Below, in pieces: positions 44,068 through 53,187 of a stretch of 64,000 bases of DNA (position 1 is its first letter; each line of letters starts with the position of its first letter). The notes under the pieces are model-generated. The model saw only the letters and a list, made by a program, of their open reading frames with translations, made no database searches and was not told the origin of the DNA. The translations under genes were made by a program, and so were the position numbers. This DNA is from a virus, in IMG/VR virus record IMGVR_UViG_3300049571_000380, positions 64,001 to 128,000 of that record. One strand, 5' to 3'.

Positions 44068-45565
44068 GGCCGCCGACCGGCGCCGGGTAGTTGTCGATCC
44101 ACTTCAGGCCGCCACGGTCCAGGTGCTCCTGGGCCCGGGTGACCGCCACGTAGTGGATCATGGCCTCGTGCCGGTCGATGACCCCCGGCTCCATCTCCTG
44201 CGTGAGCGGGTTCTCGAACGGCTCCGGCTCGAAGAAGTCGTCGCCGATCTGGACCCTCTTCCACTCCAGACCCTTGATCGAGTGGCACGTGGTGACCGCG
44301 ACGTCGTGCGGCTCGTTGTACCGGGCCATGCGGTTGCACGCGGCGATCAGGTCGCTGATGCCGTACACGTTGATCAGCTTCACGATCGCCTTGAGGTGGC
44401 CGCCGCCGGGCTCCTTGGTGTACTCAACCAGCTCGGCCCAGTTGTCGAAGGCGCTCAGCTCCAGGCTCCGCGCCTTCTTGCCCGCCATCAGGTCGCGAGC
44501 CGCGTAGGCGATGTCCAGGATCTGCTTGGTGCCCTTGACCATGGCGACCCGCTTGCCCGCCTTCAGGTAGCTGATCGCGTAGGTCATGGCGCCCGCGTTG
44601 GTCCGGGTGAGGACGACGTTCGGGTCCTCCATGTCGTCCTCGGTCACCAGGTCGGAGATCGAGGAGAGGCCCTTGATCGTGACACCGGTCTCGGTGTGGG
44701 GCAGGTGCTTCATCGCCTCCTCGGCGACACCGTCACCGAAGCGGAAGGACTGCGTGAGGTACAGGCGCGGGGCGTCGTACTTCATGATCTGGTCGGAGGC
44801 GCCACGCCAGGCGTACAGGGACTGCGCCGGGTCGCCGATGAGGATGCCCTGGGCGTGCTTCTGGTTCGCCAGGAACTTCATCGTGGCGTCGTTGCTGTCC
44901 TGCGCCTCGTCGATGAGGACGATGCCGTAGCCGTAGTCCTTGCCGCTCTCGGCGACCAGCTTGAAGGCGTGGTTCATCGTGAAGCGGAGCTGCGAGTTCG
45001 GCATGATCGACTGCTTCCACAGGGCCCACGCGAGCCTTGCAATGAAGGAGCGGGCCGCCGCCATGGCCGCCTCGCCGGGACCGGCGATCGGAATGTACAC
45101 GTCCTTCTCGGTGATCTGGACGTGGTCCGAGTTGCAGAACCGCTCGATCGTGTCGGAGGCGAGCCGGGCCTGGGTGAACCCGTCGAGGACCAGCTTGTCG
45201 CCGAAGTCCTTCGGGGTCAGGTCCAGCTTCTTGGCGACCTCCTTGGCGGGAACCGCCGGGGCGTCGATCGCCATGCGGTCCTTGTGCGTGTTGGCGTACG
45301 CGCGCCAGGCGAGCTGGCTGGTGGTCCGGACGTCGAACCAGGTGACGCCCGCCCGCTTGAACTTCGCCTCCGCTTCCTTCCGCGCCTGCGTGTTGTAGAC
45401 CAAGTAGAGGCCCTTGAGGCCCTGGTTGACCAGCGTGGACCGCATCGCCACCGCGATGCCGAGCGCCGTGGCGCTCTTGCCCGAACCGGCCGGGGCCACG
45501 AGGGAGAAGTTCTCACCCTTCAGGGCGAGGTCGATCGCGGCCTGCTGTTCGTCCGTGAACTTCAC
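44051..45565 (-). CDS. UvrD/Rep-like SF1 helicase
   Basis: FTDEQ, APAGSGKS, IDEAQD, GDPAQSLYAWRGA, LTQSFRFG, TCHSIKGLEW, YVAVTRAQ. Confidence 0.92.
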   Translation of the reverse strand: MKFTDEQQAAIDLALKGENFSLVAPAGSGKSATALGIAVAMRSTLVNQGLKGLYLVYNTQARKEAEAKFKRAGVTWFDVRTTSQLAWRAYANTHKDRMAIDAPAVPAKEVAKKLDLTPKDFGDKLVLDGFTQARLASDTIERFCNSDHVQITEKDVYIPIAGPGEAAMAAARSFIARLAWALWKQSIMPNSQLRFTMNHAFKLVAESGKDYGYGIVLIDEAQDSNDATMKFLANQKHAQGILIGDPAQSLYAWRGASDQIMKYDAPRLYLTQSFRFGDGVAEEAMKHLPHTETGVTIKGLSSISDLVTEDDMEDPNVVLTRTNAGAMTYAISYLKAGKRVAMVKGTKQILDIAYAARDLMAGKKARSLELSAFDNWAELVEYTKEPGGGHLKAIVKLINVYGISDLIAACNRMARYNEPHDVAVTTCHSIKGLEWKRVQIGDDFFEPEPFENPLTQEMEPGVIDRHEAMIHYVAVTRAQEHLDRGGLKWIDNYPAPVGGHALGK

Positions 45566-45852
45566 GCCTTCTCCGTTTCCGTTTCTGCATCTCCTGGGCC
45601 CGGAACGAAATCGCCGGGCCACATCTCGAAGAACTCGGCGAGTTGATCGAGTTCCTTCGCATCCCACGTACCCGCCTGGATCTTCCTCGGCAGGTACGCT
45701 TCAGAGACTCCGAGGTGCGTTGCCAGCGCCTTCAGTTTCTCCGAGTACACCCTGCGGACCGTGCTGCCAGCCAGTCGATCTCGGTCCTCGCTGACCATAA
45801 TGGCCAGCAGATTCTCGACGGTCCGGCTGATGGTCGCGCCTGTGCTGAGCAT
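45562..45852 (-). CDS. XRE/Cro-like HTH regulator
   Basis: LKALATHLGVSEAYL...WDAKELDQLAEFF; ATG after GAGGAGG. Confidence 0.7.
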   Translation of the reverse strand: MLSTGATISRTVENLLAIMVSEDRDRLAGSTVRRVYSEKLKALATHLGVSEAYLPRKIQAGTWDAKELDQLAEFFEMWPGDFVPGPGDAETETEKA

Positions 45853-45910
45853 TCGGTACCTCCTCGTGAACTGGTCACTCAAAGATACCGGCGTTTTCCC
45901 TACTTCTGCG

Positions 45911-45940
45911 ATTCTATCACCAGAAGGGGTCAACTTCCAA
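45911..45940 (-). promoter_or_regulatory. Candidate sigma70-type promoter for XRE-helicase unit
   Basis: Minus strand TTGGAA-N18-TAGAAT. Confidence 0.4.
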
Positions 45941-46472
45941 GCAGGGAACCGAGATACGACCCCAGAGTCATCGCCGAACCGTTGATCACCACGGGGTAGT
46001 TCGAGAGACCGGCGTCCTCGGCTTCATTCAGGAGCCGTTCCTTGTGCGCCTTGACCTTGGCGACGGACGCCTCGGCCACGATCGCGTCGACCCGGTCCTT
46101 CTTCTTGCGCTCGATGAGCTGCCGGGCTTCCTGCTGCTTCGGCGAGGCGGGACGGCCGACCATCTGGAGGACGCGACCCTCCGGCTCCGGTTCGGCGACC
46201 GGTCCCTCCGGGGGCGGCGCGTCCTGCACCGGCCGGATGTCCTCGACGACGACTTGCCGGACCGGCTCGGGATCAGGAACCGGCTCGGGCATGGGGGGCG
46301 GTGCGTCTTCGGCGACGGGCACCGTGAGGGCGAAGGCCGCCTCCTTGCCGTTGCGGATGAACGCCTCGACGACCTCGGCCACGGCGACGTAATCGGCCGG
46401 GCTCGGCTGCATCGGAGCCATGAGCGTGGCCGCAGCCTGAGCGGCGGCAGCACGGATTTCCTGGTCGTTCAC
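45930..46472 (-). CDS. Hypothetical Pro/Glu-rich protein
   Basis: GTG after AAGGGAG; VAVAEVVEAFIRNG N-domain. Confidence 0.6.
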   Translation of the reverse strand: MNDQEIRAAAAQAAATLMAPMQPSPADYVAVAEVVEAFIRNGKEAAFALTVPVAEDAPPPMPEPVPDPEPVRQVVVEDIRPVQDAPPPEGPVAEPEPEGRVLQMVGRPASPKQQEARQLIERKKKDRVDAIVAEASVAKVKAHKERLLNEAEDAGLSNYPVVINGSAMTLGSYLGSLLGS

Positions 46473-46494
46473 TTCTTCTCCCTTCCAGGCCCCG

Positions 46495-46620
46495 CTACTT
46501 CCAGCGGGGCCACTCCTGGTAGATCGCGAGATGGCCCAGGGTGAACAGGACCGAGAAGATGGCTGCCGCCACAACGGCGAACGTCAGCTCCTTCACGGCC
46601 TGCCTGAGAAATGCCTTCAC
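46495..46620 (-). CDS. Small membrane peptide (41 aa, not in track)
   Basis: MKAFLRQAVKELTFAVVAAAIFSVLFTLGHLAIYQEWPRWK; GTGA overlap. Confidence 0.5.
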   Translation of the reverse strand: MKAFLRQAVKELTFAVVAAAIFSVLFTLGHLAIYQEWPRWK

Positions 46621-46802
46621 TGCTGGTACATCCGCTTCACGTCGCGGATGTCATCCAACCGGTAGCGGATTCCCTGGGCGGTCCGGACCGGCTGAATCAG
46701 GTTCTGGGCCAGGATCCGCCGGGCTCGGCGCTCCTTCACGCCCATGCGCGCGGCGGCCTCGGTGATGTCGACCAGGGGATCCGAGGAGATGCTGTTCGTC
46801 AT
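46617..46802 (-). CDS. Excisionase/MerR-like HTH protein
   Basis: LVDITEAAARMGVKERRARR...GIRYRLDDI. Confidence 0.7.
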   Translation of the reverse strand: MTNSISSDPLVDITEAAARMGVKERRARRILAQNLIQPVRTAQGIRYRLDDIRDVKRMYQQ

Positions 46803-46807
46803 GGCGA

Positions 46808-47011
46808 TCACTCTGCCACGTTTTCCGACTCCGCGCCCAGGAGGGAATCGAGTCCCTTCAGGGTCAGAATCCTCACCACATCGACGTCGTACGGAACGCC
46901 CATGGCCTGCTTGGCCTTGGCGAGTCGCTTCTTCTCGCTCTCCGTCCACCGTACGACGGTGCGCTGTTCGCGCTTTTCCGGCCCCTGCTCGGACTTCTTC
47001 CGCCCGGCCAT
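46808..47011 (-). CDS. Ribbon-helix-helix DNA-binding protein
   Basis: RTVVRWTESEKKRLAKAK...DVDVVRILTLKGL. Confidence 0.6.
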   Translation of the reverse strand: MAGRKKSEQGPEKREQRTVVRWTESEKKRLAKAKQAMGVPYDVDVVRILTLKGLDSLLGAESENVAE

Positions 47012-47247
47012 CAGGTGTAGTCGATTCCGGAGACGGCCCGGCTGCCGGGACCGGAGGCCGTGGCGTCACCGGTGTTCTTCACGGTGATCTTCTGGCCACG
47101 GCGCGACGGCGGCCCGGAGTATCCGGTGACCGCCGTACCGCCGTCGACCTCGGTGGCGCTGCCGGTGTTCTCGACCGTCAGGACCCCTCGGTCGCCGAAG
47201 CGCCCGACATGCCGCATGACGCTCCAGAGTCCGTCTATGACTCCCAT
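47011..47247 (-). CDS. Small hypothetical protein with internal repeat
   Basis: TVENTGSAT...TAVTG / TVKNTGDAT...RAVSG. Confidence 0.6.
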   Translation of the reverse strand: MGVIDGLWSVMRHVGRFGDRGVLTVENTGSATEVDGGTAVTGYSGPPSRRGQKITVKNTGDATASGPGSRAVSGIDYT

Positions 47248-47300
47248 GAACTTCCCTTCCGTTCGGGTGAGTTCAGTCTATGGCAGCCATGCCGGGTGCG

Positions 47301-47726
47301 TCAATCCGCGTCGCGGTACTGCTGGCCGGGAGAGGACATGAGGGCGAAGACGACGGCCACCCCGGCTATCGCCAGATGCACCAGGTCGAACGTCAGGAAG
47401 GCGGTGACGGCGCTCAGCCCCGCCACGATCCACATGCCGATGTACAGGCGGTAGTCGTGGATCTTGTGCTCGACCACCTCCTGCGCCACGTACGGCGACT
47501 CCTGCTGGATGCGGGTCGTCAGCTCGTAGTCCATCTCCCGGGCGCGGACGATCGCCTCCGGGCCGTACGGAGCGGTCTCCTCGGGCGGCATCGGCGCCAT
47601 GCGCTCCTGCTGGCCGGGCACCACGCGGGGCCGGAAGTCCGCCGTGGGCAGCTCATCCTGGGCGCGCGTGTACGCCAGAGTCCGGCGCGTTGTCGTGCCG
47701 TAGACCTCGTCCTTCTCGTACGTCAC
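47301..47726 (-). CDS. Membrane protein (C-terminal TMs)
   Basis: YIGMWIVAGLSAVTAFL...AIAGVAVVFALM; start uncertain. Confidence 0.55.
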   Translation of the reverse strand: MTYEKDEVYGTTTRRTLAYTRAQDELPTADFRPRVVPGQQERMAPMPPEETAPYGPEAIVRAREMDYELTTRIQQESPYVAQEVVEHKIHDYRLYIGMWIVAGLSAVTAFLTFDLVHLAIAGVAVVFALMSSPGQQYRDAD

Positions 47727-47800
47727 CGGAATCGCATCACCTTTCCCTCCACTTCCGTCTTCAATTGTGCGACAGATACGGGCCATTCGCCAAGAGCAGA

Positions 47801-47825
47801 AAAGCCCGGCCAGAGGCCGGGCTTC
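47801..47825 (-). terminator. Rho-independent terminator
   Basis: Minus strand GAAGCCCGGCC-TCT-GGCCGGGCTTTT. Confidence 0.75.
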
Positions 47826-47826
47826 C

Positions 47827-48540
47827 CTACATGCTGAGCAGAACCAGCAGAGCGTTCGAGGCCATCGCCACCCCGATCGCGGGTCCCTTCTCTGCGGCCG
47901 ATCCGGAGGAGACGGTGCCGCCCAGGAGTCGGATGTTCCACCAGCGCTTGCCCTGGATGGTCAGCGGCCAGAAGGCCGGGACCCCGGCCGTCGTGCATCC
48001 GTCGGCCACCACGTGACTCGCGTATCCGCCGGTCACGGCCAGGGCCATCAGCCAGGGATCCAGGTAGATCACCGATCCGACGGCCGCGACGGCGGCGGCC
48101 AGGACGACCAGGCCGATCGTCTTCCGGTACAGCGGCCAGAGCATGAACACCCCGAGCGCCGCCACGGCCCCGCAGGCGATGGGCGAGACCATCGTCAGGA
48201 TGTAAGCCAGGGCTCCCACGGCCACCGAGACGAGCAGAGTATGCGTCAGGGTCCGGTGGTAGGGGTCCTGGCCGCGAGCCTTCCGGAAGGTCAGGTAGCT
48301 CCTGTCGCGGCCGAGCGCCGTGTTCTTCACGACCGCTTTGCACAGGCTGTGGACAGCCTTGTGGACAGGCTTGCCGAGGGCCTTCGTGGCGCAGGCGTTG
48401 GGGTGGTCAAGGTCCGGCATCAGGGCGAAGCCAGCCGAGACCGCCGCCATGACCGCGCCCTGGATGATGCTGGCGTGCTGGGTGAGCACGAGGCCGACCG
48501 GCGCCGAGGCGCCGATCGCCGCGTGCACGGTCCCCCTCAC
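47827..48540 (-). CDS. Membrane metal-dependent hydrolase (YdjM-like)
   Basis: H...G, LMPDLDHP, HRTLTHTL, SHVVADGCT.AGVP..WP. Confidence 0.85.
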   Translation of the reverse strand: MRGTVHAAIGASAPVGLVLTQHASIIQGAVMAAVSAGFALMPDLDHPNACATKALGKPVHKAVHSLCKAVVKNTALGRDRSYLTFRKARGQDPYHRTLTHTLLVSVAVGALAYILTMVSPIACGAVAALGVFMLWPLYRKTIGLVVLAAAVAAVGSVIYLDPWLMALAVTGGYASHVVADGCTTAGVPAFWPLTIQGKRWWNIRLLGGTVSSGSAAEKGPAIGVAMASNALLVLLSM

Positions 48541-48866
48541 TGGATGATCCGGGCACTGATGACGTTCGGGCTCTTGGTGACCGTCGAGGCGAAGGTCTGC
48601 GCCGAGATCCACTCGTCACCGCCGTAGGACGCCTGCCAGGTGAAGTCACCCAGGGACTGCGGGCTGTCGAGGATCGTGTCGTCGTCGGCCGGGCCACGGC
48701 CCACATCGACCTTCACCCGGTCGAGCTGCATCGTGTCGCCCGGCAGCGGCAGGGACAGCATGTCGGGCCACGCGACCTCGACTGCGACCTTGCGCCTGCG
48801 GCTCGTCGCCTTCAGCAGTTCGACCTCCAGCAGGACGACGCCCGCCCTCTTGTTGCGGTTGCCCAT
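48537..48866 (-). CDS. Hypothetical protein
   Basis: RBS GGAGAAG; GTGA coupling. Confidence 0.6.
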   Translation of the reverse strand: MGNRNKRAGVVLLEVELLKATSRRRKVAVEVAWPDMLSLPLPGDTMQLDRVKVDVGRGPADDDTILDSPQSLGDFTWQASYGGDEWISAQTFASTVTKSPNVISARIIQ

Positions 48867-48936
48867 CTCTCTTCTTCTCCTTTCCGTGCACGACCGGGGC
48901 GGCCGGTTCCTCCGGCCGCCCCGCTGCTTCCTGTGA

Positions 48937-49461
48937 TCAGCTCCCGAGGAAGGACTGCTTGGCCATCTGCTCGGGGTCGCCCTTGGCGATACCGTCGACC
49001 AGCGCCTCCTCGATCTTCTCGTCGCTCATGCCCTGCTCCTTCAGCTCGGCGCAGGCGACGAACGAGCGGGCCGCGTCCATCGGGATCTGGAGATCCACGG
49101 AGACGACGGTGGCTGCGTCCTGGCCCGCCCCCTTCGCCTTCTTCACGGCCTCGGTGACGATCGGCAGCAGCGACTTGGAGAACGACTTCACGCAGGCCAG
49201 GGCCCACGCCTTACGCTCCTTCAGGGCCTCCAGGGTGATCTTCAGGAACTCGACCTGGGCGCCCTTGTCGTCGCCCGCGTTGCGCAGCGTGCAGCCGACA
49301 TACGTGACGAGGAACTGGGTGGCCGCGTCGCGCTCGATCTTCAGGTCGGCCACGACCTCGTCGATCAGCTTGGGCGGGATGTCCTGCGACACCACGCTGT
49401 ACTCGTCCTCGACGCTGACCTTGATGACCGGCTTGCTCATGTCGACCTTGGTCTTCTTCAT
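48937..49461 (-). CDS. Hypothetical helical protein
   Basis: RBS AGGAG; high GC3. Confidence 0.65.
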   Translation of the reverse strand: MKKTKVDMSKPVIKVSVEDEYSVVSQDIPPKLIDEVVADLKIERDAATQFLVTYVGCTLRNAGDDKGAQVEFLKITLEALKERKAWALACVKSFSKSLLPIVTEAVKKAKGAGQDAATVVSVDLQIPMDAARSFVACAELKEQGMSDEKIEEALVDGIAKGDPEQMAKQSFLGS

Positions 49462-49477
49462 GCTCTTCTCCTGTTTC

Positions 49478-49786
49478 CTACTCGGACGGAGGGCCGTACT
49501 TGTCGGTCCACTCCGCGATCAGTTCCTCGTGCCGCTCTTCGTCCCGGAGCTTCATCAAGGCGTAGTCGCCGAAGCCCTTGCCGGTGCCGTTGTCCCTGCG
49601 GATTTCGACATAGACCCGCAGGCGCTTGTCCCCCTCCGCGTACTCCGCCTTGACGACCTTGTCCAGGGCGGAGTTTTCGTCGGGCGCTTCGACGGTGACC
49701 TCGTCGTGCTCCAGATCCTTGATCTTCATCTTGTTGCCCAGCAGGGGCATCCTTCGGCGCATCACGCGCACGGTGTATTTGGCCAT
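49478..49786 (-). CDS. Hypothetical protein
   Basis: TGATG coupling with NlpC/P60 gene. Confidence 0.6.
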   Translation of the reverse strand: MAKYTVRVMRRRMPLLGNKMKIKDLEHDEVTVEAPDENSALDKVVKAEYAEGDKRLRVYVEIRRDNGTGKGFGDYALMKLRDEERHEELIAEWTDKYGPPSE

Positions 49787-50385
49787 CAGGCAACCCTCGT
49801 AGCTCCGAAGTAATCAGACATGTAGTGCACGTCGTTGACGCGGATTTTCGTGCCGGTGCGCGGCGCGTGAAGCATCTTGCCATCGCCGATGTAGATGCCC
49901 ACATGGTGAATGGATCTCCAGTTCCCCTTCTGGCCGAAGAACACCAGATCGCCCGGCTTCAGTTCGCCCCAGGAGGGGTGGTTGTTCGTAGTCCTGTACT
50001 GGTCGTTGGCCACGCGAGGGATCTGGATGCCCGCCTTCGCGTATGCCGCCTGGGTGAGGCCGGAGCAGTCGAACCGCCCACCCTGCGCAGCCGTGCCTTC
50101 GCCGCCCCAGAGATAGGGGACTCCGATCTTCGTGCGGGCGTACGCGATGGCCGTGGCCGCCGCGTTGCCGGACCTGGAGCTGGACACCTTCGAGTCCTGC
50201 TCCTGTCGCTTCGCCTCCTTGGCCCGCTGCTCCGGCGAGTACCAGTTGATCTTCTCGATCTCGGGGTTGGGGTTCGCCGTGGCGTTCGAGATCGGGGCCG
50301 CGTTCAAGGCGGCGCAGGACGACGTGACGGGCACGAGCAGCGCCACGGAGGCGACCGCCAGGGCCGCTCGCTGGGTCCGGTTCAC
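49786..50385 (-). CDS. NlpC/P60 peptidoglycan hydrolase, probable lipoprotein
   Basis: Signal VTSSC; GVPYLWGG, FDCSGL, PGDLVFF, HHVGIY. Confidence 0.92.
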   Translation of the reverse strand: MNRTQRAALAVASVALLVPVTSSCAALNAAPISNATANPNPEIEKINWYSPEQRAKEAKRQEQDSKVSSSRSGNAAATAIAYARTKIGVPYLWGGEGTAAQGGRFDCSGLTQAAYAKAGIQIPRVANDQYRTTNNHPSWGELKPGDLVFFGQKGNWRSIHHVGIYIGDGKMLHAPRTGTKIRVNDVHYMSDYFGATRVA

Positions 50386-51017
50386 TGCTCGTACTTCCTC
50401 GTCTTCTGCTCGATCATCTTCACGTAGGTGTAGGTCTCGCACTTGGCGAAGGAGCACGGCGGGACGCCGTTGTACTCCTTCACCCGGAAGCCGCCCGCGT
50501 TGTATCCGGCGAGCATGTTCTTCCAGGTGGGGCCGGGTATGTCCTTCAACCCTTTCGCCAGCTTGCAGTCCAGGGACGCGGCGGACGGAATGGCGTCATC
50601 GGGGTCGTACTTGTTCCGCTTGCCGTCACCGTCCGCATCGATTCCCTCAGTGGCCCACGTGCTGTCGATGAACTGGGCCATCCCCTTGGCCGAGGCCGGG
50701 GAGTCCTGGCGGCCGTCGATGACCTCGGGCTTGAACCCCATGCTTTCCTGGTCGAGCTGGGCCGCCAGGAGGGCCGGGGTGAGCGTCGGGCAGAGGTTGC
50801 CCCACTTGTTGATCAGGTCTTCCCAGCGCTTCTTCGGCACCGATCCGGGCTTGATCGGGGCAGAGGTGCCCGTGAACTTGTAGTCCGCGTCGGCCTTCTG
50901 CTTCGGGGGTGCCACGACGGACGAGGCAGACGGGACAGCCGGAATGAAACCGGTGACGGCCTGAACCGCACCCACCGCGAAAAAGATGCCGACGAATGCT
51001 CCGCCTGCTCTGCGCAT
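50382..51017 (-). CDS. Secreted lytic transglycosylase (SLT-like)
   Basis: N-terminal signal; LAAQLDQES, SAKGMAQFIDSTW, DPDDAI, LAGYNAG, ETYTYV. Confidence 0.9.
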   Translation of the reverse strand: MRRAGGAFVGIFFAVGAVQAVTGFIPAVPSASSVVAPPKQKADADYKFTGTSAPIKPGSVPKKRWEDLINKWGNLCPTLTPALLAAQLDQESMGFKPEVIDGRQDSPASAKGMAQFIDSTWATEGIDADGDGKRNKYDPDDAIPSAASLDCKLAKGLKDIPGPTWKNMLAGYNAGGFRVKEYNGVPPCSFAKCETYTYVKMIEQKTRKYEQ

Positions 51018-51042
51018 CACGTTCCTCCCTTCTCCGGGCTCC

Positions 51043-51069
51043 ACTCTAACATTGACCTAGGCCAGTCAA
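51043..51069 (-). promoter_or_regulatory. Promoter/operator: GACCTAGGCC inside a TTGAC...GTCAA inverted repeat, -10 TAGAGT
   Basis: TTGACCTAGGCCAGTCAA at 51052-51069, upstream of the transglycosylase operon. Confidence 0.65.
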
Positions 51070-51100
51070 CAAGCCAAACCTGTACTGGAGTTGAAACACA

Positions 51101-51132
51101 GAACGGCCGGACCCCGAAGAGTCCGGCCGTTC
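51101..51132 (-). terminator. Terminator hairpin
   Basis: GAACGGCCGGAC-N8-GTCCGGCCGTTC. Confidence 0.75.
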
Positions 51133-51144
51133 GAACCGCCCACC

Positions 51145-51723
51145 TCAGTGGAACGGGCTCTGCATGAGCTGCGGGATCCAGTTGCCGATCTGGAGCGTGA
51201 TCTCGGCCCAGGTGCCGCCGCCGAGCGGGAAGAAGAACCCGCAGATGGCGCCGTACATCAGATCCTGCTTGTCGTCGTCCTTGTTCCGCATCGCGAGGAA
51301 CCCGAGGAAGAGGCAGATGCCACCGGCTCCGATGTCGGACAGGATCGGCCAGTCGGCCAGCGCCATGACGAGCCCCTGGAACCACCCGACCATGTCGACG
51401 ACGAATCCACCGGTCGAGCTGACGATCGACGTCATGGCCCACATTCCCACGAGGAATGTCATTGCGGACCGCCAGTCGAACCCTTCGCTCGGGCCTCCGT
51501 GGACCTTCGTCATCATGCGGCTGGTCGGCTGCTCCACAGCCTTCGTCATCAGGGCCTTGGTCAGACCTCCCCAGAGGAACATCTGCTGGCCCTTCTTGTT
51601 CCCCTTGATGCAGAGGAACGAGAGCACCAGCAGGATGATTCCGAAGCCCGCCATCGTGGTGTGACCCACCCACGAGTTCTCCGGAACGTTGATCTGCTGC
51701 TGCTGCGTGATCGCCAGAATCAC
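51145..51723 (-). CDS. Multi-pass membrane protein, Streptomyces plasmid transfer/spread-like
   Basis: Several hydrophobic Gly-rich segments, GGTW motif; in GntR-adjacent operon. Confidence 0.6.
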   Translation of the reverse strand: MILAITQQQQINVPENSWVGHTTMAGFGIILLVLSFLCIKGNKKGQQMFLWGGLTKALMTKAVEQPTSRMMTKVHGGPSEGFDWRSAMTFLVGMWAMTSIVSSTGGFVVDMVGWFQGLVMALADWPILSDIGAGGICLFLGFLAMRNKDDDKQDLMYGAICGFFFPLGGGTWAEITLQIGNWIPQLMQSPFH

Positions 51724-51957
51724 TTTTCCCTCACCTTCCCTGTGGGGCCGCCCTCCAGCGACCCCACAGATTCACCGGCCGGGACCGGCGGGCTTCAGTA
51801 TCGGAAGCCCGTCGAGGTCGTCGTCCTTCTGGAACACGACTCGTCCCCTTTCCAAGCGGCTCGTTCGTCCGCTTCGTACCTTCGGCCGGATGCGAACCGA
51901 CTTCCGGCCGGGACGAACCCGGCTGGGCTGCCACACGGCAGCGAAGGCCCTCGTGCA

Positions 51958-52920
51958 TCACCAGGCGGCGCCCGGTGCGTAGAGCAGGATCCCCGTGACG
52001 ATCGACGCCAGCGGGATCATGAGCACGGCGTGGAAGATGCCCGGCCCCATGCTCTGGGACTTCTCGCGCTCTTCCTCCGACATGGCCGACCGCTCACGGT
52101 TGAGCCGTTCGATCCGATCGAAGGCCCACATGGTCGCGTAGAACGCCATGCAGAACAGACCGGCGACCCAGAACTGCCACACCTGGAGGGTCCACGGCGA
52201 GCCGAAGATCGCCGTCACCTCGTCGGGGTACGCGACCCCCACGAAGAGGAGGACCGGAATCAGCCAGGCAGAATGCGTCAGCCACCTGATGCTGAAGGCG
52301 ACCATCCGCCCCCGGTACGTGCTCTGGGCCAGGTATCCGGCGACCTGATTCCGGATGAACATCAGGATCATGGGGGTGAGCCCCATGATCGCCGCCCAGA
52401 TCAGGCTGCCGAACCGGTCCGACTCGTACGCCATGCCGATCGTGTCCCTGAACCACCTGCCAGGGCCGTTCAGGATTCCCCATTCCGTGGTCGAGGTGCC
52501 GAAGCGGATTCGCTCGTACAGAGCGGTCAGAATCTGCGGTCCGACAGCCCACGACATCACCGAGGAGATCATGAACGAAGTGACGTACGGCCGGGTCTTT
52601 CCGTTGGCCGGGTCCAGTCCGTTCTTGATGGCGGCGGCTGCCGCCTGAACGGGCTTCATCACTTCGGCCGCGAGCTTCTTCTCCTCTGCGACCTTTTCCT
52701 TGACAGGGGCCAGGATCTTCTCGGCCTCCTGGCGTACCTTTTCCTTCTTCTCTTCCGCCTTGCCCTGACTCTCGGTCCACCGGGTGGTGGCCGAACCGAG
52801 CTTCCCCTTCAGCTTCTTGAGGTCGCCCTTCAGGGTTCGTGGCGGCTTCCGCTTCTGGCCCTTGAGGTGCACGGTGGGGGCCTTCGTCGGCTTCGGCGGA
52901 ATGGCTGCCTTCGTCGCCAC
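51958..52920 (-). CDS. Multi-pass membrane protein with Lys-rich N-terminus
   Basis: Basic coiled N-terminus followed by about 5 TM segments. Confidence 0.7.
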   Translation of the reverse strand: MATKAAIPPKPTKAPTVHLKGQKRKPPRTLKGDLKKLKGKLGSATTRWTESQGKAEEKKEKVRQEAEKILAPVKEKVAEEKKLAAEVMKPVQAAAAAIKNGLDPANGKTRPYVTSFMISSVMSWAVGPQILTALYERIRFGTSTTEWGILNGPGRWFRDTIGMAYESDRFGSLIWAAIMGLTPMILMFIRNQVAGYLAQSTYRGRMVAFSIRWLTHSAWLIPVLLFVGVAYPDEVTAIFGSPWTLQVWQFWVAGLFCMAFYATMWAFDRIERLNRERSAMSEEEREKSQSMGPGIFHAVLMIPLASIVTGILLYAPGAAW

Positions 52921-52935
52921 GTTTCTCCTTCCGTG

Positions 52936-53100
52936 TTACGGCTTTCCATCGGAAGCGAGTCCGATGTTGGCCTCTACGGTTGCCTCCAACCGAGCGATAT
53001 CCTGGTTGGCAGCGAAGTCAGAAAGCTGCCCCAGAGAAGCCTCCGGCACGTGCTGATCCTGCTGCACAACCGGCTCCTGAACCTCCCCGTTACCTTCCAT
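52936..53100 (-). CDS. Small acidic protein (54 aa)
   Basis: ATG after GAGAGGG; first gene downstream of the operator. Confidence 0.45.
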   Translation of the reverse strand: MEGNGEVQEPVVQQDQHVPEASLGQLSDFAANQDIARLEATVEANIGLASDGKP

Positions 53101-53154
53101 GTCGCCCTCTCTTCGGTCCCTGCTGGCGTTGTGGAGTCCAGCATGACACAATAC

Positions 53155-53164
53155 GGCCTAGGCC
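53155..53164. promoter_or_regulatory. Operator palindrome GGCCTAGGCC between divergent genes
   Basis: Perfect 10-bp palindrome just 3' of a CACAAT -10-like box and 23 bp before the GntR start. Confidence 0.75.
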
Positions 53165-53187
53165 ACAAGCGCAGACGAGGAGAAAGA

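Noticed and set aside
51091-53187. Track ORF of 943 aa ending in the GntR domain
   Set aside because: The upstream 700 codons are antisense to real membrane-protein genes; the GntR has its own RBS and GTG at 53188
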